Positions 28,251 to 42,008 of a stretch of DNA of 64,000 bases are shown here, piece after piece (within the stretch, counting starts at the first letter, position 1; every line of letters starts with the position of its first letter). The translations under genes and the position numbers were made by a program. Source of the stretch: Octopus bimaculoides (Eukaryota); the NCBI RefSeq assembly GCF_001194135.2, contig NC_068983.1:146013380-146077379 (forward strand), given 5' to 3'. The notes beneath the pieces are model-generated. The model saw nothing but the letters and a program-made list of their open reading frames with translations. It searched no databases and was not told the origin of the DNA.

Positions 28251-29770
28251 TCATCACTATTACTACTACTGCTGCTGCTGCTGCTACTACTACTACTGCT
28301 ACTGCTACTGCTACTACTGCTACTGCTGCAACTATTATTATGCATGAATATATATATGTATATATCTATGTATATATATGTGTGTGTATGCATGCATGTA
28401 TGTATTTTTGTATGGAAATGTCTGTGGACAATGGACGCATGTGTTTATTTACATGCATACACATACATACATACATACATACATACATACATACATACAT
28501 ACATACATACATGCATACATACATACATGCATACACATGCATATGTGTATAGTTGTATTCTGTCTATTGTAATTCTACGTATTCGCTTATATAAATGCAT
28601 TCAGATTATATATATGTGTTTACGCGCGCCAGTGTGTATGTGTGCGTGTGCCTGCGTGTAGGAAGATTACATATGTATGTGTGTGTGTGTATTTGTGTGT
28701 GTGTTCAAGTGTTCATGAGTTTGCATGCGTGTTTGCACGCTGTACGTGGCTGTTATGGGAATCTGTGAACTTGTAAATTTACATTGATTTGATTGTGAGC
28801 AATAATCATCATCAATGACAATCACGCCAATTTGTGCACTAAACTAAAAGATATTTTGTTATTATTTATTCATTTTGATTTCTCACTCCCGCCTAACCTT
28901 ACTGTCCATTCATTCTGTAATAACAGATGCACAACAAGCATGCCGTGGAGGCGTGGCCTAACGCCCTTCTCTAAAGAACAACAACTCGGCAAACATTTTA
29001 ATTGGACTATCACCAAACCGACCACTTAAAGACATGATAGCCATCGATATTTCATATTCCAGCATTCCTCTTNNNNNNNNNNNNNNNNNNNNNNNNNNNN
29101 NNNNNNNNNNNNNNNNNNNNNNNNNNNNNNNNNNNNNNNNNNNNNNNNNNNNNNNNNNNNNNNNNNNNNNNNNNNNNNNNNNNNNNNNNNNNNNNNNNNN
29201 NNNNNNNNNNNNNNNNNNNNNNNNNNNNNNNNNNNNNNNNNNNNNNNNNNNNNNNNNNNNNNNNNNNNNNNNNNNNNNNNNNNNNNNNNNNNNNNNNNNN
29301 NNNNNNNNNNNNNNNNNNNNNNNNNNNNNNNNNNNNNNNNNNNNNNNNNNNNNNNNNNNNNNNNNNNNNNNNNNNNNNNNNNNNNNNNNNNNNNNNNNNN
29401 NNNNNNNNNNNNNNNNNNNNNNNNNNNNNNNNNNNNNNNNNNNNNNNNNNNNNNNNNNNNNNNNNNNNNNNNNNNNNNNNNNNNNNNNNNNNNNNNNNNN
29501 NNNNNNNNNNNNNNNNNNNNNNNNNNNNNNNNNNNNNNNNNNNNNNNNNNNNNNNNNNNNNNNNNNNNNNNNNNNNNNNNNNNNNNNNNNNNNNNNNNNN
29601 NNNNNNNNNNNNNNNNNNNNNNNNNNNNNNNNNNNNNNNNNNNNNNNNNNNNNNNNNNNNNNNNNNNNNNNNNNNACACACTCACACACACACGCACATA
29701 TTCACACACACACGCACACGCACGCACACATACACACAAGCATATACATACATATATATATATATTTATT

Positions 29771-29803
<33 letters not shown>

Positions 29804-30223
29804 CTATATACTGAAACCAGTAAAAGAATATAGACAGACAGCCAGATAGATAGATAGATAGATATACATACTCATATATATGTAGATGCACATATATATG
29901 TATATATTTGTATGCATTTGTGTATGTACATATTTACATATATACAGATATGTATATATGTGTGTGTGTGTGTGTATGTATATATATGTATATATATATA
30001 CATATACATATATATATATACACATATACATATACATANNNNNNNNNNATATATATATATATATATATATATATAAGTGTAAATACACATACGCATACAT
30101 ACACGTGTAGGAGTGCGTCTGTATACATATACACACTCACACACACACGCACATATTCACACACACGCACACGCACACACACATACACACAAGCATATAC
30201 ATACATATATATATATATTTATT

Positions 30224-30256
<33 letters not shown>

Positions 30257-31162
30257 CTATATACTGAAACCAGTAAAAGAATATAGACNNNNNNNNNNNN
30301 NNNNNNNNNNNNNNNNNNNNNNNNNNNNNNNNNNNNNNNNNNNNNNNNNNNNNNNNNNNNNNNNNNNNNNNNNNNNNNNNNNNNNNNNNNNNNNNNNNNN
30401 NNNNNNNNNNNNNNNNNNNNNNNNNNNNNNNNNNNNNNNNNNNNNNNNNNNNNNNNNNNNNNNNNNNNNNNNNNNNNNNNNNNNNNNNNNNNNNNNNNNN
30501 NNNNNNNNNNNNNNNNNNNNNNNNNNNNNNNNNNNNNNNNNNNNNNNNNNNNNNNNNNNNNNNNNNNNNNNNNNNNNNNNNNNNNNNNNNNNNNNNNNNN
30601 NNNNNNNNNNNNNNNNNNNNNNNNNNNNNNNNNNNNNNNNNNNNNNNNNNNNNNNNNNNNNNNNNNNNNNNNNNCACACACACGCACACGCACACACACA
30701 TACACACAAGCATATACATACATATATACACACACGTACATACATGTGGGGGGACAGAGATAGAGGAGGAAGAAAAAACTGCTTATCTAACTCTCTTCCG
30801 AAATACGCCAACACAAACTGGAACACGCACATACATATGCATATGTACACACACACACACACACACAGTGGGACAGACGCACGCAAAGTATGAAAGGCGT
30901 GGTCGGACACATGCAAGTGTACGTGTCCATCTTATGCATGTGTGCATGTGAGTATAGAGATGTCTACGTGCATGCGCATGCATTTAACTGAGTGTGTGTG
31001 TGCGCGTGTGTGTGCGTATGTGCGCGCATGTGTGTCTGTGTAAGCGCGCGTGTGTGAACTTGTACATGTGGAAATGAGTGTGATAAAAGAAGGCGTGATA
31101 AGGAATGTGATAATCAAGCTGGTATCAAACTACGGTGAAGTATTGTTATTCAGTTTGAGAAG

Positions 31163-31197
31163 TATATATAAAAAGAAATCGCTTATCGCCATTCAGT
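31163..31197 (+). promoter_or_regulatory. Core promoter (TATA box + initiator) of the neuropeptide precursor gene
   Basis: TATATATAAAAAG at 31163-31175 and a TCAGT initiator at 31193-31197. The predicted +1 A at 31195 lies 28-30 nt from the TATA box and 77 nt upstream of ATG|GTAAGT. Confidence 0.65.
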
Positions 31198-31271
31198 AGT
31201 CACATACCAAAGCTTCTTCCCCGGATTCTCTAGGACGTCTCAAAATTTTTTTCACAGTATAACCAAGAAGA

Positions 31272-31274
31272 ATG
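31272..31274 (+). CDS. Neuropeptide precursor, exon 1 coding part (start ATG only; exon about 31195-31274)
   Basis: AAGAAGA-ATG is followed directly by a perfect GTAAGT donor (31275-31280). It supplies the phase-0 Met missing from exon 2, giving MVKITSIC..., and has TATA/Inr upstream. No transcript evidence, so another upstream exon cannot be excluded. Confidence 0.65.
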
Positions 31275-31687
31275 GTAAGTAAACTAATGGCCACCTCTGA
31301 CTGTCTCTTCTACTTTTACTTTCGCTATCTTCTTTCATTATTTATTTCTCTATTTCTCTCGCTCTCTCTCTTTCTCTCTCTCTCTCTCCATCTTACTCCG
31401 TCTCTCTTTCTCTTTCTCTCTCTCCCCTTCTCTCTCACACACACACGGTATATGCATACATGCATACATACATACAGACAGACTGACTGACAGGCAAACA
31501 GACAGACATATACACATACACACATTATATGAAAACATTTGCTTTGCTTATATATTCGAATGAATGTAATTTATATGGGAGTGTTTATATGTACTTTTGG
31601 TATATAGTTTGGCACGTATACAATATACACGCACACACACACAAACATATATACTTACATACATAAACACATGCATACATACACACG

Positions 31688-31718
<31 letters not shown>

Positions 31719-32081
31719 ACGTATGCATACATGTATACATACATATATATATATATATATATACACACATATTTGATAGTATAAGTGTGCTTTATAAGTT
31801 TGGTGCTTTACTATGAACATATATATANNNNNNNNNNNNNNNNNNNNNNNNNNNNNNNNNNNNNNNNNNNNNNNNNNNNNNNNNNNNNNNNNNNNNNNNN
31901 NATATATATATATATATATAAGTAACGAGAAGATGAATTTCGTATTAAACTTTATTCTATACAACGTTCATTTCGACCCGAAATATACCACGACTGCGGA
32001 TGACAACAGGTAGCCTAAACTCTGCCAGTGCTCTACTCAACACTTAAACACACTAATCGACTTATATCTATTAGTCCAAAA

Positions 32082-32082
<1 letters not shown>

Positions 32083-32138
<56 letters not shown>

Positions 32139-32173
32139 CATCATCATTATTATTATGATTATTATTATTATTA

Positions 32174-32220
<47 letters not shown>

Positions 32221-32291
32221 GTATATGAATATATATACACACACACAAATGCTTTCACAAATGCAACATCAACAAACATTAAGAAACATAA

Positions 32292-32356
<65 letters not shown>
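32083..32356. repeat. (ATT)n and (CA)n microsatellites in intron 1
   Basis: Direct inspection. Confidence 0.95.
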
Positions 32357-32358
<2 letters not shown>

Positions 32359-32612
32359 TAACTACATGTAGCTTATGATATTCAACTACTGTGAATAACA
32401 GTTTAGTTACATCTAAAAGATTAGAAAATTAAAAACTATTTGATCCCAGTTTTTTCTATATCAGTAAACAAACAGAATAGTAAAGGTATACAAAATTGTC
32501 GCATTTGATCGTAATTAGTTCCGACATACGATCAAAATAGCCGTTATTCATCATTTAAATTAACTGTTTGATGAATAAAACAAATTAGCAAACATTTAGT
32601 TTTTATTACATC

Positions 32613-33670
32613 TGATCTGCTGAAAAGGATTCGATCTGTCAGAGCCATTAGCACGCCGGGTAAAATGATTAGCGGTATTTTGTTCATCTTTACGTTCTGA
32701 GTTCAAATTCCGCCAAGACTGACTTTACTTTTCTGGGTCGACAGAATAAGTACCAGTTGAGTACTGGAATCATCCCCTTCCCCTAAATTGCTGGCCTTGT
32801 GCCAAAATTTGAAACCATTATTAATCTGCTGAAAGGCGGTGAACTGGTTGAATTGTTAGCACGCCGGGCAAATACTTAGCAGTGTTTCATCTGCCGCTAC
32901 GTTCAGAGTTCAAATTTTGCCGAAGTCGACTTTGCCTTTCATCCTTTCATCCTTTCGGGGTCCATAAATTAAGTATCAGAGAAGCACCAAATTTCAGGCC
33001 TTATGCCTATAGTAGAAAGGTTTATTAATCTACTGAAAGGCAGCGAGCTGGCAGAATTGTTAGCACGCCGGGCAAATGCTTAACGCTATTTAATCTGTCT
33101 TGACGTTCGGAGTTCAAATTCCGCTGATGTCGACTTTACTTTCCATCCTTTCCGTGTCGATGAAATAAGTACCAGTCTAGTCCCCTCCCACAAAATTTCA
33201 GGCCTTGTGCCTATAGTAGAAAGGATTATTAATCTGCTGGCAACGGCAGCAAACTAGTAGAATCGTTAGCACGCCGGACAAAATGCTAGGTGGCATTTCA
33301 TCCGTCTTTATATCTTGAGTTCAAATTCTGCCGAAGTCGACTTTTACTTTTATCCTTTCGAGTGTTGATAAAATTAGTATTAGTTGATTAATGGGGTCGT
33401 ATAATCGACTTACTCCGATATTGCTGGCCTTGTACCAAAATTTGAAATCATTATTATTATTAAGCCGGCAGAATTGTTAGCACACCGGCCAAAATGTTTA
33501 GCGACTTTTCGCCTGTCTTTATGTTCTGAGTTCAAATTCCACCGTGGTAGACTTTACTTTTCCTCCTTCCAGTGATCAATAAAATTTGAGTACTACCGGG
33601 GTCGAGGTAATCGTCTAACCTCCTCCCCACATATTTCAGGCTTTGTCTTTATAGTAGAAAGAATTAGTAT
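32613..33670 (+). mobile_element. Head-to-tail array of five SINE family A copies in intron 1
   Basis: Units start at about 32613, 32823, 33027, 33231 and 33460, a period of about 205-230 bp. Confidence 0.85.
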
Positions 33671-34506
33671 TATTTTAGATTTATATTTGTACTTTGTAGA
33701 CATCAATATACATAATATTTGGTGACCTTACGAACATATTGAACTTCCATCAGCCAGAGTTGTCTATGTATCAGTATATGTACGCATAGGCTTGGGCTAG
33801 ATTTTTTGGGTGGAAGCCTGGCAGGTGCCCATACATCCAAGTCTCCACTTTCCTTGCAACTGTTGATTATTCAATATAAAAACTCCCACTTTGGGCCGAT
33901 TTTGGCACCAGTGTCGTCACAGACGTTGCTGTCTGAATGCAAAGAACCGAAACAGACAACCTTAGACATTTCGTTCCAACTCTCAAACCATTCCTCCGAT
34001 TCAGCACCCTAGGTTGGTACTCTAGTAGAAATCTTCAAAAATGTAAATTTGGAGTTTGTGGCTCGATAAAAACGATATGAAAAATCAGTTCACTTGAGAG
34101 ATTAATTTTATGCTAGACATTTTCTGAAATTCAAAATGTGACTCTAATCAGTTGTCAAAGAGTAAATATTAAAGAAAAAATATCGATTCTTATTAAGAGG
34201 TTAATTTTTGTTTCTGTGGATATTGATGGGAGGGCAGAGAGTTCCAATAGATATAAAAAAAAATTTTGAAGAGCTAGAAAGAATATTGTAAAGTAGGAAA
34301 CGTACTTGTTGATAATACATCGTATTCATTTGCAAATGTGACTATATAAATATTAGTTTCAAATTTGGCCAGCAATTTCAGGCGAGGGGTAAGTCGATTA
34401 GATCGACCCCAGTACTCAACTGATATTTATTATTATAATTACGTAATTATATTATGTGATTATATAAATATTAAAATCAAATAATTTATTTTAGAACAAT
34501 TTTAGA

Positions 34507-34720
34507 GCTGCAAACCGGCATAATCGTTAATGCGTCAGACAAAATGTTTGGCGATATTTCTTCTCGCTATTTACGTTCTGAGTTCAAGTGTCACTGAGGT
34601 TGACTTTGCTTTTCTTTTTCCCAGGGCCGATAAAATAAGTACCGGTCAAGCACTGTCGTCGACGTAATTGACTTAATCCCTCCCCTAAAATTACTGGCCT
34701 TATGTTTAAGTTTGAAACCA
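34507..34720 (+). mobile_element. SINE family A copy (with a minus fragment at about 34367-34430)
   Basis: Head and core motifs match the other family A copies. Confidence 0.75.
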
Positions 34721-35699
34721 TTTTTTTTTAAAACGTTTTTTTAAGAATATGAACATTCAATGGTGGTATGACTCCAGAGTCAGAATAAAATCAAATTTAT
34801 TGTGAGGAGCCAGTTAAGTTGAATTTCACCATGTATGGGATTTTATGCGCTAACTTACTTTAAAAAAAAACACATTGCATAATATAACCGCATTCAGTGT
34901 CTTTATAAAAGATGGGACGATCACGATTGAAACATCTTTGATTATTGGTTTTCTGGAAAGGGGCAGATATGTTGCTTTATCAAATTTTCCAGTAGTGAAC
35001 GTTGGTCAGCAAATCTTCTGTGCTATACGATGAAATAGGGAAATGAAATGAAATAAAAACATTTAATAGTATTATTTGAAGATTTAATCCAAAAATAACT
35101 GTGCAAGTTGCTTAAAAATTTAGTTTCTAAGGTGTTCCTGTTGTCTAGATTTTGAACCAGTAGTCTATGTTCTTGGTTAAAGACGAGATGATTATAAGGT
35201 GTAAAGTTACTGTAGTCCATTGGATCGTCAGAAAACTACTGAAGACATCCTCTTTGCGAGAGACTACATCAGAATTGCTTACAGTGGCAGATTATAGCAT
35301 CTTCGTTATGTATTTAAACCCAAAAAGAGTGGTGTACGTTAGCTTGAGATGTGCAAATCAGTGATAGATTTCGAATCGCTGACATCCCGATCAGTATAAA
35401 AGCGCTTGATCGCTTTGACCAACCATGTTCTCTAAAAGAAGTTTATTGTAATGGTTTTCTCTTTCTTAAAAAAAAATATTCAGATTAAGACATTTTCAGG
35501 CATTACCAGTGAGATTCATGAGGTTGATGTTCAGCTTGAACTTCTTTAAATAAATAATTATAAGAAAAACATGGGTAAAGGGGAAATTCTATAAAACAGA
35601 ATGATGGGATTAGGCGAAGTTTTTATTCTCGGAGATACACCGAAAATAAACTGATTTGACACAAAATTAAATTTTACATTATAAAAAAAAAAACCAAGC

Positions 35700-36060
35700 A
35701 TATGATCTTTGGTTCAGACCCACTGTGTAGCATCTATGACAAGTTTCTTTTCCTGTAACCCAGGGCCGACCAAGAGCCATATGAGGGGGTTGGTTGACGG
35801 TAACTGAAAGAAGCATGTCGTATATACGTGTGTGCGTTTTATGTCTATATGTCTTTCTGTTTGTACCGCACCAACACTTGACAACCGGTGTTGGTTTGTT
35901 TATGCTCCTGTAACATAGCGGTTCGACAAAAGAGACTGATAGAATAAGTTCCAGGCTTTTAAAATAGATACTGGTGTCGATTTGTTCGACTAAACACTTC
36001 AATGCAGTGTCCCAGTGTAACCGTAGTCCAATGACTGAGACAAGTAAAAGATAAAAAGAT
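35700..36060 (+). mobile_element. SINE family B copy
   Basis: ggttcagacccactg...gggccgaccaagagcc...gacggtaactgaaagaagc...cttgacaaccggtgttgg...gactgagacaagtaaaagat. Confidence 0.8.
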
Positions 36061-36472
36061 TTTTTTTAAACCAGCTCAATTCATAATTTAGATGCGCAAA
36101 TAGCAAATTGTATTCACCTGAAAATAAACTTTACATTAAACATAACATAATCTTTGTAATAAAGCGTAAGTTTTAATTTTCGTTAGAAAATGAACACTAA
36201 TTTTCTTTTAGCTCTTAATTAACCATTACCTTACTTATTCGTTGACATCTAATAGTCAGATTCATATAAATGAGTTATTCCACCGTAATGGGTTGTCGAC
36301 TTCGATTGCACACAGTGCTTTGAGGTTTATTACTGTTGTTGATTAGCCTTAGAGCAGGGCTTTAATCAAAAGTATGTCGAGCATATATATTTTTTTTTGT
36401 TTTTAGTTGGGGGAACATTGAGGACTACATCACGTAATGCGTCCTTTTTAATCTGTATGATGTGATTTAGGG

Positions 36473-36769
36473 CAGTGCTACTCAAAGTGGTGGTACGCGG
36501 ACCGGTGCCGGTCTGCGAGCTATCAGCTGCTGGTACGCGGCAAGTTTCCAGAAAAGAAACATTATAAAATGCTTATAAAATGCTTATGTAATATTCTATT
36601 ATTTATTTACAAAATAAATATAAGATAAAAAATATTGTCAACTTTTATTATATTCATTATATATATTGTTTCTGGCATAAATAAATATTACTAAGAAATA
36701 TTGCCGGTCCCTGGCTCAGTGGGGGGGAAAAATGCCCGTACGCCACATCAGAAAGTTTGAGAAGCACTG
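36473..36769. mobile_element. hAT (Charlie-like) MITE
   Basis: TIRs CAGTGCTACTCAAAGT / AGTTTGAGAAGCACTG; 8-bp flanks ATTTAGGG and GTTTAGGG form a TSD with one mismatch. Confidence 0.85.
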
Positions 36770-37004
36770 GTTTAGGGAATTTGGCAGCTTTTTTGTAATT
36801 CCTTTCTCTTTTTTTTTTCTTTTTTTTTTTTTTTCGCTGTAGAGTGAGTGTGATTTTAAGATTTGTCTGAAGATCAAACAACAATGTTGACGGTTTTCTT
36901 GGTAGAAATCGGATTTTTTGGCTTAAACTCACCTAAAAGATTTGAATTCAGAACTACAAACTAATAGAATCCAATAATGCAGAGTATATACCTTTCCACA
37001 GTAA

Positions 37005-37375
37005 TTATTCTTTTACTCTTTTACTTGTTTCAGCTGGATTGCGGCCATGCTGGGGCAACGTTTAATAGGATTAGTCGAGAAAATATAAACACAAACACAC
37101 ACATTCACACATATACATACATATATGTGTGTGCGTTTACATTATACATACACACATGCACACACACGCACACACACGCACACACACACACATATATATA
37201 TATACACACATACACACACACGGGGGGCTTCGATACAGTTTCTGTCTACCAAATTCATCCAAAGAACAGCGATCCGCTCGAAGCCATAGTAGTAGACACT
37301 TTCTCAAGGTGCTCTGCATTTGGATTGAACGTGAAACTATGTGATTGCGAAGCGAACTTCGTAACCATACAGATG
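37005..37375 (-). mobile_element. SINE family B copy
   Basis: cttttactcttttacttgtttcag...gcggccatgctggggca...ggcttcgatacagtttctgtctaccaaattca. Confidence 0.75.
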
Positions 37376-37408
37376 TCAGCAGTTAGGTGAATTGAGATTG
37401 TCTTGTTG

Positions 37409-37440
<32 letters not shown>

Positions 37441-38321
37441 GGTGGTGGTGGTGGTGGTGGTATTGCTGTTTAACTCCAAGTCAATCTTGATAGAGCAAGT
37501 CTACGATCAAAGATGTTCCAGCTGTGATCATTCTGCCTTTCTGTGACTATCTAGGACTTGTATTATTTTAAGTGTCCTTCATTATCTAAGGCTCTTTCAT
37601 GCAATTTGAGAATGGTTTGGTTGTTCTTTAAGTTAATCTATCTCACAGACGATTAAGTACATTGCATTACGGTCAATGAATACGAACCATATAACCTTCT
37701 GTTAATAGTCTGACGCCACATTGGCTCCACCAGCTGCGATTCTCCATTGAAGTTCATATTTATGATAGTTTGTTTTACGTGAAATAGTTTTTCTTTGGAT
37801 TAAATTAATACATTAAATATGTCATAAATTAGATTATTCTAATGGACAGATAGGATATTTATAATACGCTCTCACTCTAAAGATTTAGAATACACTTTTT
37901 CAATAAGTTATTCATCTATTATTATTCAGTTCACATCAAGGATACTTTATAGGAATATGTAATCGATCTCAGTACTTCGCCTGATGCTTTGTTTTCGACT
38001 CCATATGGTATGAAAGGCAAAGTTGTGAACTCAGAAGGTAATGGGCCAGAACTAAACACTGTAAACATATTGTCCGATGCTTTAATGATGCTAATAGTCC
38101 ACCGCTCGTTATTTGTCCGAGCCTATATGATGAGAGACAATCAAAAGAATATATTGAACAAAACGAATAAAATTTTGTAAAATATTCGCAAATGACGCAT
38201 ACAAAATCTATCCTGCAAAGAGAGAAGTAAAAAACAGACTGCTAAATAAATATGATTGTAATATTACGTAAGATTCAATTTAGTAATCATGCATAATGTG
38301 GATTATGTGCATTGTGACGGG

Positions 38322-38381
<60 letters not shown>

Positions 38382-39902
38382 CCGAAAAAGTGATGCCCAG
38401 AAAACTTTAAGTAATGTGGAGTTGTGTTAAAGTGTTATTAAATGCATGTAACTCCAACTAAATGTGTCGAGCGCTACTTATTTGTTTGTTCACTCCCTGC
38501 AATATATAAGTGTGGATGTATGTGTGTTTTTATGTATATGTGTGTGTACAGGGAGAGAAAAAACACATCTATGTATTAATTCAATCTTTTAACGCTTTGT
38601 CGTATTTGCGTTTCAGTCTCTTATAGTTCGTTCGAACAATAAAGTTGCCAAGTTCATTTTTAACAACGTTGCCAAGCTATCTCAGCCTCATCATGAGGAT
38701 GTGGAATGGCTTTTGATTTCTGTATTACCTACATCACATACCATCAAAACAAAAAGGGTTAGAAAAATACGAACAAAGACTACTCCCATACTTTACAGAA
38801 TCCCCACACACACACACACACCAAAAAAATAATAAAGTGATTAAGGAAACAATACTAATATCGCAACAAGAAGCTACAATTGACATACAATATACACACA
38901 TTACAATCTACAATTGACATACAATATACACACATCACAACTTCAAACACTTTTACAGAGGATAGAAGATTACAGGAGTGAAGCATATGTACCAGAATTG
39001 ACAGAAGTAGTGGGCAAAATAAAACTAGTCATACATTATTCAAATAGAAAATATATTTTTCGAAGAACAGGCTGAACGATAAGTTAGCGGATAAAGTTAG
39101 ATAAGAAATTGATAGAATCTGTAGATTATGTATCAACACTCAATTCAGCATCTATTCAGTAGAGCATTTAACCACGTAAAGCATTCAATCACGTATTATG
39201 AAACGGGTTTTGCCTGTTTTGTTGTAACAGCGCAATTGATGATATTGTAACTCTGTTTTCACAAAAATAAATGAATTCTCATTTAGATTAGATTCAATGC
39301 TTAAAGAAAAGTTGTAAAGGATAAGAATAAGATAGTATAAGAACCATAGTTACCAGAAAGACTTAAGGAAATCTGTTTTCATTAAATTATGCAGTCAATA
39401 TGTTAGCTGCGCGGCAGAGCTATGAACATCGCATTATCTGAATACCTTTCTCTTCTATAATTTTCAGAAATGCAAATAAATCCCATTCAGATGCATATAT
39501 ATATACACACACAATGAACACATCCATCCATCTATCCATCCATACATACATACATACATACATACATACAAACATACATACACATACATACGTACACACG
39601 TACACACACACATATATATATTCGGAATGGTAGATCCCAGAGTAAATAAATCAATAAATAATAGTGTGTAAATAACCTTTTCGATCGAAAAAGTCGAAGG
39701 CAGCCTTCGACCTTTTCTATCGAATGAATTTTTAACCCAATATCCACACGGTATCATTTCTAGATTTATTTGCTTCCAGATCTACCATTCCTTCCCACCG
39801 AAAAAAAAATTATTTCACGTTCTCTCGAAGTCTATGAAAGTTTCTTATGACATCAACAATATATATGTACGTGTGTGCGTGCGTGTGTGTGTGTGTGTGC
39901 AT

Positions 39903-39935
<33 letters not shown>

Positions 39936-40197
39936 TTAAATTTACAGAAAAACAAAAGACGAAGACATGTGTATGAACAACAAGCAGGTGTATTAGTTTG
40001 ACACTCGGGAAAGTGAGAAAGTCTTTTACGTTTCGAGCCTACGCTCTTCAGCAGAAAAAAAATACGAGAAAATAAACAGAGAGAGAATTTTTAAAATCTT
40101 GTGGATTTAGCGGTCATACATATATATACATATACATGTATTCATACATACACACACACATATAGACATACATACACACATATATGTATACACACAC

Positions 40198-40228
<31 letters not shown>

Positions 40229-41454
40229 TGTATGTATGTATGTGTGCATTATTTAATGAATAGAAATCAATTTGATTTTAGTCAGGACAAGATTACTATT
40301 TTCGCGTGGGGAGGTTTATAGTTGATTTTACTTAGTTGTTAAATTTCTTTCAAACTGCATCCTACCATCTTAAAGGAAAATACGTTTGCTCAATCAGAAC
40401 TGACATCGAAGTACAGAACATTTGTTACTTTTTATTCAATGCCGGCTAGATTTGATGATAAATTTATCACAGCTATGAAACGAACTCAGAAACTTGATAT
40501 AAGTTACTGTACTGAATCACATCTGGCGCTCCACCGTTTTTGCCAGTTTATTCAAGTCTTACCATCAGACTTAACGTACCGACTATACAGTACATTCACC
40601 CACTAGTGAACTTTTCTTCACTCTAAATATGATTCCCCATCAACGAGTTACAATGTAAATCTAAACTACGTCACTTGAACAGCCGCGTAGCTTCAACATA
40701 TGCATAAGCTCTGTTAATCGTTTATTTTGTGGTTTAAACATAATTACATACTTAAAAGAAATACTTTGCTAATTATCTTCAAAAATCAATATTATTCTAC
40801 TAGATAAAATGGAGTGATCGATTCATTTCAAACTTTATACTTGCGATGCCGTAATATAACATAAATAATATAAAAGATAGAAGCATAATTATTCTTTTAG
40901 GTACACTGACTTCTAACACACGCACAAGTCCTTGCGCATTTCAGAGGAAAAGTGTAGTTGATTACACTTTTGGATTAAATCGATCCCAGGACCTATTTTT
41001 TAAATAAGATTTCATATAGGATTTAGGGAACAATAGAGCCATTATTCAATGATCGGGTCACTCTATTTTACAATTTTAAAAAATGACTAGAGATTGCTTG
41101 TGCAACACAGGCTAAACAAATATCACTCGAAGAATTTTCTTTCGAAAGCAGTGATTTATCAGTTTTCTCACCCCAACACAGCGGCGAAAGAGATACGTTT
41201 ATATGTATGTATATATATATANNNNNNNNNNNNNNNNNNNNNNNNNNNNNNNNNNNNNNNNNNNNNNNNNNNNNNNNNNNNNNNNNNNNNNNNNNNNNNN
41301 NNNNNNNNNNNNNNNNNNNNNNNNNNNNNNNNNNNNNNNNNNNNNNNNNNNNNNNNNNNNNNATATATACATACATATATATATGTACACACACATATAT
41401 AAATATATATATACATACATACATACATACATACATACATACAGCCGAAAATCA

Positions 41455-41692
41455 GTGAAAAAGAGAACACTTATGCTGAACTATTGAGAAATCTACAGTT
41501 ATTCTATCCAGATTACAAGTTCAGGTTTATACCTGTAATTATTGGGACCCTGTGATATGTAACACACTGCCTAAATACCAATCTTGAGAAATTAGGCTTC
41601 TCAAAACCAGAAAGCTAATTCGAACGCTACAGATCCAATCCATCACTGGAACTGTAAAAATCTGTAAAACTTTCCAGAAGTTTATCACTTAA
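41455..41692 (+). mobile_element. R4/Dong-type (restriction-like endonuclease) LINE C-terminal fragment
   Basis: KENTYAELLRNLQLFYPDYKFRFIPVIIGTL*YVTHCLNTNLEKLGF...LIRTLQIQSITGTVKICKTFQKFIT*, followed by a (TACA)n tail. Confidence 0.65.
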
Positions 41693-41859
41693 ATATATAT
41701 GAACATGTCTTGCTATGTAACTCTATGCATGAGAATACATACATAAAACATACAAATCTGCACATACATACATACATACATACATACATACATACATACA
41801 TACATACATACATACATACATACATACATACGTACGTACGTACGTACCCTGCTGTTAAT

Positions 41860-41915
41860 TATTTACATTCCTAGTTCGATTCCAGGCAGTGACTTGAATA
41901 ATAATAATAATAATG

Positions 41916-42008
<93 letters not shown>

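Noticed and set aside
29675-30730. Repeated ~170-bp blocks around N-gaps (29675-29850, 30130-30290, 30675-30720)
   Set aside because: Near-identical copies abutting gaps are most likely scaffolding or haplotype artefacts rather than a real array.
31275-31490. ORF MVSKLMATSD... continuing from the exon 1 ATG
   Set aside because: Read-through of the GTAAGT donor into a CT-rich intron; low complexity.
33860-34010. Short minus-strand frame GAESEEWFESWNEMSKVVCFGSLHSDSNVCDDTGAKIGPKWEFLY*
   Set aside because: No recognisable domain, weak acceptor and no partner exon.
38874-38941. 34-bp tandem duplication (similar small ones at about 21648-21690 and 44000-44040)
   Set aside because: Ordinary slippage duplications.
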